Below the pieces are notes generated by a model, which saw only the letters and a program-made list of their open reading frames with translations, ran no database searches and was not told the DNA's origin. Of a stretch of 64,000 bases of DNA, positions 39,845 to 49,912 are shown piece by piece. Made by a program: the position numbers and the translations under genes. The stretch is from positions 512,001-576,000 of the forward strand of contig CAWBMP010000002.1 in NCBI GenBank assembly GCA_963790025.1, written 5' to 3'. Numbering within the stretch: the stretch's first letter is position 1; the number at the start of each line of letters is the position of its first letter. This DNA comes from Nitrospirota bacterium. Lineage in GTDB: Bacteria > Nitrospirota > Thermodesulfovibrionia > Thermodesulfovibrionales > Dissulfurispiraceae.

Positions 39845-40499
39845 TGCTTTCTTATTATCCCCAGCTTGCCGTAAATGATCTGAGAGGGCAGGCTTCTTTC
39901 TTCCATGAATTCTTTGTACGCCTGATCCGATCCATCCCACCTGTCACTGGAAGGATCGCAGTCGTCAACCACCATAATTCCGCCCGGACTCGATAGCTGA
40001 TATAACTCGGGCAGGGCTTTTCTGATGGGCCGGTGCAATCCACATCCAGAAGGACAAAGGAGAGGGGAGCAAGGTCGTTAAATCGTATTCGTTCCCGTCG
40101 GTTTCAATTGAACAGATGCCGGTGATATTGTTTTGCTCACTGCCCCGTCGAACCGTTCTTCTTGTTGGCAGAAAATCCCTCGTTGGAGAGGTTTTCGGTC
40201 TTGCCCCGATTCGACACTTAAATCTATCTCCCGGGTCGAAGCCCGAAAAAGTATCGACTGCGTAATATCTCTTGCGGATATCCTCATCGTCAATATATTC
40301 TTTGAGGAATACGGTCATGGTTGACCGTTCAAAAATACGATTTCCGCGATGTCTCCCCCGACATCTGGTCTCCTCAAGGCAACGGCAGAGAAAGCATAAT
40401 TGCGGCACGGTAAAGTTGTATGAGTACCTGGGGAAAAAAAATTTCCTCACGGAGGGATGAACAATATTTCCTTGATGATTTTTATAATCTTTTTTTCAT
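39841..40499 (-). pseudogene. TylF/MycF/NovP-family sugar O-methyltransferase, frameshifted
   Basis: YAVDTFSGF and C-terminal SPGGIMVVDDC lie in different frames; size fits the TylF family. Confidence 0.65.
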
Positions 40500-40510
40500 T
40501 TCCTGGCGAT

Positions 40511-41780
40511 TCAGTCGATAATCCTGGGTTCCGGCAAGGGGACGATAAACCTCCCTCGAAAACCTTTCTGTTTCAGTTTCGGCACAAGTTCGTCCGCAAT
40601 ATGCCAGGAAAAGAGAAGGGCGTACTCGGGCTGATCCTCGAATAACCTCGATTCCTCGATCACGGGTATGACGGTACCCGGAACATACTGCCGATCTTGT
40701 GGGACCCCTGAATTTCGAGAACAAAGTCGATGATCCCGTCATCCAGGCCGACATAATTGATAAGGGTGCTCGCCCGCGAAGGGGCGCTGATCCCATATAC
40801 GCGCTCTCCTCTATCCTTGATTGCAAGAAGAGTCTTTGCAGTTTCAGTTTGGAGACCACGACCTTTTTCTTGAACTCCAGAGGATCCTTCCTGTCCAGTA
40901 CAACGTGCGCCTCTGCCTTAAGAATATCTTCGACAGTCGGTTTGACGGGATAGTCTCCTTTTCTCGCAGCATAAACGCGAATGGAACCGCCATGCGTGGG
41001 GATACGTTTTGCATGGAATATCTCCAGTCCGTGGCTTTCGAGCAAATAGCGCAGGCTGTGCAGGGAATAATAGCGAAGGTGCTCATGATAAATGGTGTCG
41101 TACTGGAGTGTCTCTATCAGCGGGAGAAGATAATGCGATTCCGAAATGAAGACACCACCGGGCCCGAGCAGCCGCATGATCTGCTCCACCACTGCGTTGA
41201 CATTGTCTATATGGGCGAAGACATTCGTGGCCGTGACAAGCCTGGCGTGGCCGTGCTCGCCAATTACCCGCGAGACGGTTTTCTCCGTAAAATAGTCGAT
41301 AACAGTGGGAATACCGCGTCCGATGGCTATCTTTCCGATTTCCTCCGGGGTTATGCCAAGCACACGATGACGGTCCTTGAAATTCGAGAGCAGGTTGCCG
41401 TCATTGGAACCGATATCAACGACCAGATCGTCCTTTTTCATGTCCAGTATGGATGAGCATTCCCGGTAGAGTTCAGCAAAGTTTTCCCGCAATATTTTAG
41501 TTGTACTGCTGGTATACGGATATTCCGGCGGGAACAGGATTGCGGGATCAACAACAAGACCGAGCTGGACAAGACGGCATGTCGGGCAGAACAAGAGCTC
41601 CGCCGGATAAGCCGGCTGCTCATGGGGCTTCTCCCCGATCGGATTCATACGATTCACCGGGGGCAGATACCCCAGGAAAAAAATGGAATCCAGCTCAGGG
41701 TTGCCGCATATCTGGCAACTTTCGACAACTGCGCTGGAACCTGCTCTGCCGGAAAGAATCGATATTTCATTTTTTTTCAT
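40511..41780 (-). CDS. NDP-sugar C-methyltransferase (NovU/TylCIII type), frameshifted near the C-terminus
   Basis: Zn motifs CQIC and CPTC, LVQL, YPYTSS, DIGSNDG, TNVFAH, YDTIYHEHLRYY, PTHGGSIR; natural end FIVPLPEPRIID* at 40511. Confidence 0.85.
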
Positions 41781-41864
41781 GTGGAACTACTCCTTTCGCG
41801 CATAATTTAGTGAACAAATTCTTTGTGATCATCGGCAACCCGGCTGGAAGCAGGCCGGAGAAGG

Positions 41865-43055
41865 CTAAATCAGTTTTCTCGATTGCAGGACCCTTATGAG
41901 ATAGGAGAAATATTTGTTCGACGGATGCTCGTGGTCAATAAAATAAGTCCTATATTTTTCTATATGCCTGTGGTCGACTATGTTCAGGTCCGGCACCATT
42001 TCGAAGGTCCTTGACAAAATCTCTCCCGGAAGGTTACCGCCTTCCTTATAAATCGGGGGTATAACGAACACAACTTTCCTGCCTTTTTCCGTAACTATCC
42101 TGTTTATATCTCTCATAATCTTCGCGATGATTTTTTCATCTCCATACTGCAATTCCGAACGGCTGTTATCGTCTATGCGTTTATCCAGGACAAGCTGACT
42201 GCCCGTCCTTCTCACGGAATCGAAAAAGAAAACTTCCTGGGCAGTCCGGGACCCGTCGGCCAAAAAAGCCAGATCGAGATTGGAACAATAATTCTTCGCA
42301 TTGTTTTTTTCCAAAATGGTGAACAAACCCATTCTGGATAGAATTTTGGAAAGAAAGAAATGCGTGCCCTCCGTATTTGCCGCAAGCCGGCTGCAATCAT
42401 TCGGCGAAAAAACTCTTTGCCTGAAATCATCCTTCTTCAGCAATCCCAAAATCAGTGTTTTGTAGTTATACGTTGCTCTCACATACATTTCAAATTGATC
42501 CAGCGATTTCAAGATATTATTTAAATGCGTGAGAAACACTGAATTCCGCGCATTGTAAAAATCAAAAAAGTCGACAATATCCGATGGAAGATTGTCCGAT
42601 TTGTCCAGGATCATTAATCCCGAAACATTTGAATTGCTGACGAACAAAGGATCGAGTATCGCTACGATTACCAATTTGCCGGGAAGTTTATCTTTGCTCG
42701 CCAGGTAAGCCAGGTAGTCTCTTGTTTCGAGTAGAGAGATATGTGGAAAATTGTAATTATAGAAATAGTTCCGGGGGACGCCTGCGGGAAACGCTGATAT
42801 GGAAAAGCCGTCCAGAATATGACAACCAAAAGCGCCCACCAGAGCCGGCTGATACTTCTCTATGAAAGCGGTTTTGATATTCGCCCTGTCCCGTTCCGTA
42901 AGACCGTAAAAACTGAATACGTTGTCCTTTTTCAGATCAAAGAAATTTATCGCGTCGTATCGCGGAACATCATGGGCCCTGACAAGAACCCCAAGAACAA
43001 GATAAGAGACTACGACGAACAGGAAACAAAGAGAATGCCTGATTTTATTATTCAC
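41865..43055 (-). CDS. Membrane-anchored hypothetical protein, possible SGNH-like partner of the MBOAT
   Basis: N-terminal TM/signal segment; VVFVIPP and C-terminal FIDHEH (DxxH); directly downstream of the MBOAT. Confidence 0.55.
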   Translation of the reverse strand: MNNKIRHSLCFLFVVVSYLVLGVLVRAHDVPRYDAINFFDLKKDNVFSFYGLTERDRANIKTAFIEKYQPALVGAFGCHILDGFSISAFPAGVPRNYFYNYNFPHISLLETRDYLAYLASKDKLPGKLVIVAILDPLFVSNSNVSGLMILDKSDNLPSDIVDFFDFYNARNSVFLTHLNNILKSLDQFEMYVRATYNYKTLILGLLKKDDFRQRVFSPNDCSRLAANTEGTHFFLSKILSRMGLFTILEKNNAKNYCSNLDLAFLADGSRTAQEVFFFDSVRRTGSQLVLDKRIDDNSRSELQYGDEKIIAKIMRDINRIVTEKGRKVVFVIPPIYKEGGNLPGEILSRTFEMVPDLNIVDHRHIEKYRTYFIDHEHPSNKYFSYLIRVLQSRKLI

Positions 43056-43061
43056 AAATCC

Positions 43062-44447
43062 TCAAAACCTGAAATAAATAAAAGTCTGAGAATACTCAAA
43101 AAATGTAATCGCCAGCACCATGGCGCATCCCTGAAGGACAGGGCTGTCCACAAGAAAAACCGGCTTCTCGTTGTATAGCCATTTATCTTCCCTTACCAGA
43201 AACACAAATGCCCCGATGAGCAGGAAAAAGGCCCAATGCAAAAGTCCGAACTGCCCGGCGCCCCACTTGAAGCTGAACAGTATCTGCAGCATTTCCACAT
43301 ACTGGCCGCGGCCCCACAGATTATGAAAAAACAGGGGCCATCCGAATGAGACTATCGTGAACGTAACGGCTCTTCGCACCGGAGCGGCAAGCGCGTCCCA
43401 TTGCTTCCTGAACAAGTGGTAAAGGATGACAAAAAAAGCATGGTACGCCCCCCAAATTAAGAACCTCCATCCGGCTCCGTGCCATAACCCGCAAGCAAGA
43501 AAGATGACGATTATGTTCCGAACGTATCTTTTGTTTCCGCCCAGGGGCAGATAAACATAGTCTTTCAGCCAGAAAGATAAAGTCATGTGCCAGCGCCTCC
43601 AGAACTCTTTGGGACTCAGGGAAATGTAGGGTTCGTCGAAATTCCTGGGCAGGTCTATGCAAAAAAACTTTCCGAGGCCTATGGCAATTATCGAATACGC
43701 CCAGAAGTCGAAATAAATCCTGTACGAATATGCCAGAATGTTGAACAGCGCGTCCAGCGAGCTCAGTTGACCTACGCGCGCAGCCGAATTAAAACAGGGA
43801 TAAAATATGGTGTCCTGCCAGACGAACAGCCTGTCGGCTACAAAGACCTTGAAAAACAGGCCATAGGAAACATACTTTATGCCTCTGACTATGTCAGGCT
43901 TCAGGGCATTCACATTCCTCAGTTTTTCAAGTTGGGATTCTATTTGCCAGTAGCGCGGTATGGGACCGGCTATCAACTGGGGGAAGAAAGTCACATATAG
44001 CGCCATTTTGAGGGGGTTCCTTTCGATTTTTATCCTGCCCCTGGAAACGTCAAGGGAATAGCTGAGAATATGAAAAGTGTAAAAACTGACACCGGCAGGA
44101 ATAGTGACGTTCAGAAAAAAAACGAAACTGCTTCTTACACTCTCGCCGGCGCCGAACGTTGTCAACGTGAAATTCAGGTATTTGAACAGGAACAGCATTA
44201 ACAACGGCGCCGATGCGGCGACAACTTTGGCGCCGGTTGTCGGATATTTCACAGTAAGAAAAGCGGTCACGTATCCCCATAATACGGCGATTACCATACA
44301 TACCAGCGCAACCGCCCCCGAAGTCCAGTAGAAGAACAAGGAAGCGACCAGCAATATGGGCAGTCGAAACTGCCTGGGGAATAAATAAAAAAGAATGAGC
44401 GTTACGGGAAAGAATAGAAGTATGAACTGGACGGTATTATAATTCAA
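43062..44447 (-). CDS. MBOAT family O-acyltransferase (AlgI/DltB-like)
   Basis: LFKYLNF, PAGVSFYTF, FFPQLIAGPI, NFDEPY, FWRRWHMTLSFWLKDYVYLPLGG, GLWHGA. Confidence 0.93.
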   Translation of the reverse strand: MNYNTVQFILLFFPVTLILFYLFPRQFRLPILLVASLFFYWTSGAVALVCMVIAVLWGYVTAFLTVKYPTTGAKVVAASAPLLMLFLFKYLNFTLTTFGAGESVRSSFVFFLNVTIPAGVSFYTFHILSYSLDVSRGRIKIERNPLKMALYVTFFPQLIAGPIPRYWQIESQLEKLRNVNALKPDIVRGIKYVSYGLFFKVFVADRLFVWQDTIFYPCFNSAARVGQLSSLDALFNILAYSYRIYFDFWAYSIIAIGLGKFFCIDLPRNFDEPYISLSPKEFWRRWHMTLSFWLKDYVYLPLGGNKRYVRNIIVIFLACGLWHGAGWRFLIWGAYHAFFVILYHLFRKQWDALAAPVRRAVTFTIVSFGWPLFFHNLWGRGQYVEMLQILFSFKWGAGQFGLLHWAFFLLIGAFVFLVREDKWLYNEKPVFLVDSPVLQGCAMVLAITFFEYSQTFIYFRF

Positions 44448-44500
44448 ATGAAGTCTCTCCCACTTTTGCTCCTTATGCCCTAAGCTCCTGGCTCGTTCTT

Positions 44501-44527
44501 TTTATACCACTCGACTGTTCTGGACAA
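44501..44527 (-). promoter_or_regulatory. Possible internal sigma70-type promoter upstream of the MBOAT
   Basis: Minus strand TTGTCC-N12-TGG-TATAAA (extended -10-like, short spacer) in one of the few long intergenic gaps. Confidence 0.3.
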
Positions 44528-44536
44528 AGTTTTCTT

Positions 44537-46781
44537 TTACTCAGAGCCCAGGGTTTCCCCCGGCCTGCTCCGGGCCGATACAGAAAATCCCCTATTCGAT
44601 AAAACTTTGGCAATTGCCACTATGCTCAAGATGGCGCTCATATCCCAAGCCATCATGTCGTAACGGAATTGTCCGTAAAGGGTAAAGATAAAAAGCATTG
44701 GAGCATGAGCAGCCAATGTTGCCCAGGCTAATACGAAAAAGGCCTCTTGCTTCAGAAACAATCGGAAAGCAATAAATAGCGTCAAAACCAAAGTAAATAC
44801 ACTCACGACCATAAACAGTTTGGCGATAAATATAATCAGAGGGGAAAGCGGTAAGGTCGGCAATGTCCAAAGCCACACTGACAACTGATGAATTACCGCA
44901 TTAATGTCATGCCCTTTCCAGTTGCCGGCGAAGAGTTCCTGACCGGCATGAAGATAGGTCATAGGCGACAAAGGCAATATCACATCCCCCGACCCGGTCA
45001 TGAGATAGAACTTATGGCCGTAATACAAATTATGAACAGGCATTACAAGCGCGAATGCGAGCCCTGCCGCTGCGCAGGCCATCAGGATAAAATCATGGCT
45101 ACGCCAACTGGCGTAAATGAAAAAAAGGCCGAGCAATACAACCGCAATGGCAAAATTCGGTCTGACAAACATCGAAAAAGCCAGGCACAGCCCTCCCAGA
45201 TAGGCGAACAGCGAGTTCCGCCGCCCTCCCCATCGCTGCTGCGAACTTATGAACAGGTATACCCCCAAAACAAAAAAGCCAAAACCCACGGGATCGCCCA
45301 TCCCAAATTCCGCTTCATGGACATGTTGAAGAAAAGAAAACCTGCCCAATGGGAACAACAGAAACCAAAGCGTGGCTGCCGCTCCCCACTTGAAACCGGC
45401 AAAATGTCTGATCAGCAGGAAGACGAACCATGGCAGAAGAGCGATAAAAGCGGTGCATCCAAGATTGGAATCACCAAAAATAATTCTTTCTATGGCGCGT
45501 ACATAAAACATGCCGGGGGTGGTAAAGTAAACAGGGCCCTCTCCTTCAAGCGCTTTTACCAATTGACCGTCGAAAGCCAGATGCGCCATTCGTCTGCCGC
45601 CATTTTCATACCCAAAGCCATCATCACAGCCGCGCGGGGGATACCCCGGCCCAAGGAATTTTCCGTTGCTGTAGTGATTGAATAAAATAATAATGATATA
45701 ACTGATCGCCATGACAGCCACGGCTGTAAAATAGGATTTCCACCTGATTTTAGTCATGAGAAAGAATAATATAAAAATCCCTGCCAGACTCAAAAAATTT
45801 CCCGCAGCCCAACTGACGGCAAGTTTCGGACTGAGTTCAAGATGCATCGCCAAATCGGCTGCCGGCGGCCCATGCATGGAATGCCATTTCCCGCATCCAA
45901 TCTCCAATAGATGGGCCGGGGAGAACACTCGGAAGGCTCAGTGCGTAGACCCGTCTGCCTATGTCTGCTGCCGTTATAATCCTCCCTGAAAAATCCTGAT
46001 GGCTGATCTTCTCGAACGCGCCGTCGTCTTTTTGCCAATAGGCAGTGCCGCGCCACTTCAAAGTACATCCGACACTTTGCCCGGAGAATTCAAACATAAC
46101 AAAAAACGGCAACTGAAGCATGTAACTCCGGGCAAATGAAATAGCATCACTACCGTAAGAAGCATATCTCCAATCATTTGCGAATCCCCCTCTGAATTCG
46201 GCCAGGCTGTTGAAAGATATCGTGTCAATTTTCCTGGAGTATTTTGCCGGACGCAGGAAGGCATCGGAGGACCAGGCATACGGGCTGTCCGGAAAGCTAC
46301 CCTCGCCGTCAGCAACCCGATAGAGCCACGAGTGCTCCTCGTACGGCAGGACCTCAGGAGGTGAGATTTTATCAAATTCACTTCGCCATTCGTTGAAGAC
46401 CTGTGCCGGAAGAGAACGCTGCAGGACCTTCCCGTCCTGTTCACGCCGCCAATCATTGAAGATCGGCGGCGGACCAGTGAAGCTTGACGCCTGGGGGGCA
46501 GGCTGGACGACCACTCCGCCCTTACTGTAGAGAAAGATATTGTGCCCTTCCTCTATGCCTGCAACCGGCAGAAGGGATTTCACGATCAGGATCGAAATAA
46601 TAATTCCCAAGCACCAGACAATACGCGTCTTTTTGAAAACGATATCACTGTATACCAATGCGAGGACGCCTCCGAGAAATACAAACATCTTCCATGTCTG
46701 CACCAGCGGCAAACCCAGCAGAACCAGCAGCAAAACTCCCAGAACAGCCTTGGCTAAGACCTGATAAAAACGATTTCTCAT
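44537..46781 (-). CDS. Uncharacterised polytopic membrane protein (GT-C-like), paralogue 3, one frameshift near 45925
   Basis: ORFs 45837..46781 and 44537..45928 join into about 745 aa; GCDDGFGYE loop, FVRPNF, about 12 TM segments. Confidence 0.75.
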
Positions 46782-46830
46782 TCTTTCGTTCAGGAGGACA
46801 ATCGAGAGCCGAACTCAACAGTGTTGTAAT

Positions 46831-47787
46831 TCATTTTGCGTTTCTGATGTACCAGTCAACGGTTTTTGATAATCCTGTGGCGAGATCAGTTTTGGGCATG
46901 AATCCAAGAGCACTCAGCTTCGACACATCCGGGCACCGGCGGAGTGTGCTCCCGCGTTGCAAACGGCCGGGCACTATCCGGATTTCACGGCCGAAACAGC
47001 GGGCGGTCATTTCCGCGAGCCTCCCGATCGTTATCTCCTGGGATGTCCCGATATGATAGATATTCAGATGCTCTCCCTTTTTGATGACTTCGATCAAAGC
47101 CTCCACAAAATCATCGATGTATATGAACGCCCTCGTCTCCTCCCCGCTGCCCTGAATGGGGAAATCGATGATCCCCTGGGTTTCCGCGCATAGTTTTTTC
47201 ATCCGTATCGCGAACTGCGGGATCACATGCTCCCATCCCATGTCCGGCCCATATACATTGTGGGGGCGGAAAATAATGGCACGATCGAAATATTTCCTCC
47301 CATAATTGACGAGCATGAGCTCACTTATTATTTTGCCCCCGCCGTAAGAGTACCTGGGATTCAGAACATCGGGCACCATAAGGGGCGCTGTTTCATCGGT
47401 AGGGACAACAGGAGCGGTCTGATAAACTTCAGAACTGGAGGCCAGGACCAGGTTCTTTACGCCTTCCGCCATACAGGCGTCAAGGACGTTTATCATGCCC
47501 TTGACAGCTACTTCCAGAACAAGTTCCGGTTTCTCGTAAAAAAATTCCGTGCCGTTGATATATGCCAGATGGCATACGCAATCCATGCCTGAAATGGCTT
47601 TCCTCACAACAGACGGATCGCGGATATCGCCGGTAATTATTTCCACCCGGTCGACGTAAGGACCAAGCTTTTCGCGGCCTCCGCGAGAATCGTTATCCAG
47701 TGTCCTGACCTGTGCCCCTGCATTCAGGAGCCCTTTGACCAGGCCGCTGCCAATAAATCCCGTGCCTCCGGTTACAAGATATTTCAT
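46831..47787 (-). CDS. NAD-dependent SDR resembling UDP-hexuronate decarboxylases
   Basis: TGGTGFIGS, ASSSEVY, PRYSYGGGK, RPHNVYGP, ETRAFIYIDD, RRCPD. Confidence 0.8.
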   Translation of the reverse strand: MKYLVTGGTGFIGSGLVKGLLNAGAQVRTLDNDSRGGREKLGPYVDRVEIITGDIRDPSVVRKAISGMDCVCHLAYINGTEFFYEKPELVLEVAVKGMINVLDACMAEGVKNLVLASSSEVYQTAPVVPTDETAPLMVPDVLNPRYSYGGGKIISELMLVNYGRKYFDRAIIFRPHNVYGPDMGWEHVIPQFAIRMKKLCAETQGIIDFPIQGSGEETRAFIYIDDFVEALIEVIKKGEHLNIYHIGTSQEITIGRLAEMTARCFGREIRIVPGRLQRGSTLRRCPDVSKLSALGFMPKTDLATGLSKTVDWYIRNAK

Positions 47788-47799
47788 CGAACACTTCCT

Positions 47800-48552
47800 T
47801 TATTTTTTGGCATGTGTAATTAAGAAGGAACCGAACCTGTTTCGCAGGGGTCTGAAGTCCATCAACCTCTCGATTAAATTATAAACAGGCAGTATTATGA
47901 ATGATAATCTGCTGTCGACGTACTTGTAAGTCACTCCTGAAATTCCGTATACCAGCACATCTGAGAATCCTAAATCCCTTACCACTGCTTTAATCTCCCT
48001 TTTGTCAAGAGGCCTCTCATTCTCCGTTACACCTTTTGACGAATAAAAAGGCGATTCCTTGCATCGATAGAGCCACATGAAGGGATTCCCCCGATGAGGA
48101 TCATATCCCAGGATGATACCGCCTTTCTTTAAAACGCGATAGCACTCTTTCAAGACAGGCGAAAAATCCGGAAAATGGTGCAGCAATCCAGACAACAAAA
48201 TAACATCGAAACTACTTTCCGGGAAGTTCGTGTTTTCGATATCCCCCTGTCGAAAATTAATTTGAGGATACTTGTTCTGAGCATGAGCGATAGACCCCTC
48301 GGATATATCTATGCCATAAAGATCAAAACCTTTTTCCAGGAACTTTGAGGTAAAAGAACCGGTACCGCATCCGCAATCAAGTATCCTGAGTTTGCCGGAG
48401 GAACTCATGATAGGCCCCAGGAACCCGAAGAATTCATTGACTATCCGCCCATAACCCTTCTCGGTAAAAACATCGTAATCCAGGTCTCTCCCGAAGCGGT
48501 CGAAGAACTTTTTTTCCGCATTTTTGTTCTGTGCCGTTGTCCAGCCGTTCAT
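47800..48552 (-). CDS. Class I SAM-dependent methyltransferase
   Basis: ILDCGCGTG, GIDIS, FDVI, LHH, RVLKKGG. Confidence 0.88.
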   Translation of the reverse strand: MNGWTTAQNKNAEKKFFDRFGRDLDYDVFTEKGYGRIVNEFFGFLGPIMSSSGKLRILDCGCGTGSFTSKFLEKGFDLYGIDISEGSIAHAQNKYPQINFRQGDIENTNFPESSFDVILLSGLLHHFPDFSPVLKECYRVLKKGGIILGYDPHRGNPFMWLYRCKESPFYSSKGVTENERPLDKREIKAVVRDLGFSDVLVYGISGVTYKYVDSRLSFIILPVYNLIERLMDFRPLRNRFGSFLITHAKK

Positions 48553-48592
48553 TTTTCTTTACAAGGCCACGTTCTGATCTCAAAAATTTCTT

Positions 48593-49366
48593 TCATCGAT
48601 AATAATCCGGTATTTTAATTTTAATCACAGACCTGTCTCCTCCAACCTTCCGGTAATGACGGAATCCCCACAAAAACCATCGCGAATACTCCTTGACCCA
48701 TGGACCGAGGCGGAATGTAGACTCGCCGCCGTAAAGACGGTCTATGGAAATAATGGGAACTTCTCCCAGACTGAGTCCCACATACTGGGCTTTGATAGCC
48801 ATTTCGAAGGCCACTGCCCAGCCAATGGGCCGACATTCAAGATTGAGCCGGTGGAATACGTCCCTTCGGAACATCTTGATTCCGGTTGTCGCATCGGTAA
48901 AAGGCGACCCGCAGAAGCTGTAAAACAGTCGATTGGCAATACGGGAGAGAATACCACCGATCAGGGACCCCCCAAGACGTCTTCCGCCGTTGGCATAGCG
49001 TGTGCAACTTACAAAGTCGCAACCGTCATTCATAAGACTGATCATATCTTCGATGGCCAGGACCGGGCCGACTTCATCGGCGGCAAAGATCAGGATGTAT
49101 TTGCCCTTCGCGGATTCTACTCCGGTTTTGACAGCATTCACAACACCACGGCCCAGAGTGTTGTGGACAAGGAACAGTTCCGGATAGGTTTTCTGGATTT
49201 CGCGGACAACAGGTACGCTGTCATCGTCAACAGTATCGTGGATTACAATTACCTCGTGAGGTTCTTCCACAACGGCGCGAAGTATCTTCAGCATGATCTT
49301 CAGATTGATACCTTCGTTCCGTACCGGGAGGAGAATGGACAGGACTGTTTCACAGGAGTTATTCAT
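48593..49366 (-). CDS. DPM-synthase-like GT2
   Basis: SILLPVRNE, FAADE, SCTRY..GG, DATTGIKMF, EVPI...R..GES.F; ATG at 49366. Confidence 0.85.
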   Translation of the reverse strand: MNNSCETVLSILLPVRNEGINLKIMLKILRAVVEEPHEVIVIHDTVDDDSVPVVREIQKTYPELFLVHNTLGRGVVNAVKTGVESAKGKYILIFAADEVGPVLAIEDMISLMNDGCDFVSCTRYANGGRRLGGSLIGGILSRIANRLFYSFCGSPFTDATTGIKMFRRDVFHRLNLECRPIGWAVAFEMAIKAQYVGLSLGEVPIISIDRLYGGESTFRLGPWVKEYSRWFLWGFRHYRKVGGDRSVIKIKIPDYYR

Positions 49367-49902
49367 TTGGAGGCATCCCTCTTTGAAACATAATTCCTGA
49401 GTATCTCGACCTGTTTCAGGACATTGTCCCGGTTTCTCCTTCGCATGAGCCTTATGGGACTTCCGGCATAGACTGACCATGGCTCAAATGGAAATGAAGG
49501 CGGAACAAAACTCATGGCGCCGATAACCGTTCCTTCCGGGATAATGTTCCGGGGCATGACCACGGAATTGGCCCCAACGCCCGTATAATGGCCAAACACG
49601 ACATCACCCTCGATCGGATGGTTTTTCATATCAAGCCCGGGCGGCGTGATTACAACAAGATCGTTGACAAAATCACTGCTGGCGCACAGGATTTTCACAC
49701 CTGACGACAAACTGGAGAAGTCCCCGAGTTCGAACGTAAACCTGCTTCCCCCGACTACACCGCAGCCGGAGGCGATATGGGAATGCTTTCCGACGCGCAC
49801 CCTCGTAGAAAAATAGCAAAAGTCGTCTATGATGGAATACTCTTCCACAAAAAAAAGTTCCGGACAGCGAATACGGATATGTGGGGAAATAATCGGTTTC
49901 AA
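49363..49902 (-). CDS. Hexapeptide-repeat acyltransferase
   Basis: Left-handed beta-helix repeats; GANSVVMP, IGAMSFV, VYAGSP. Confidence 0.8.
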   Translation of the reverse strand: MKPIISPHIRIRCPELFFVEEYSIIDDFCYFSTRVRVGKHSHIASGCGVVGGSRFTFELGDFSSLSSGVKILCASSDFVNDLVVITPPGLDMKNHPIEGDVVFGHYTGVGANSVVMPRNIIPEGTVIGAMSFVPPSFPFEPWSVYAGSPIRLMRRRNRDNVLKQVEILRNYVSKRDASK

Positions 49903-49912
49903 AAAAACCCCG

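Noticed and set aside
41839..41858. Small GC hairpin (ccggc...gccgg) after the MBOAT partner gene as a terminator
   Set aside because: Stem of only about 5 bp and no U-tract on the coding strand.
30003..45930. Programmed frameshifting or phase-variable tracts as the cause of split genes
   Set aside because: Breaks are numerous and fall in short 3-7 nt runs rather than long poly-G/C tracts; sequencing error explains them better.
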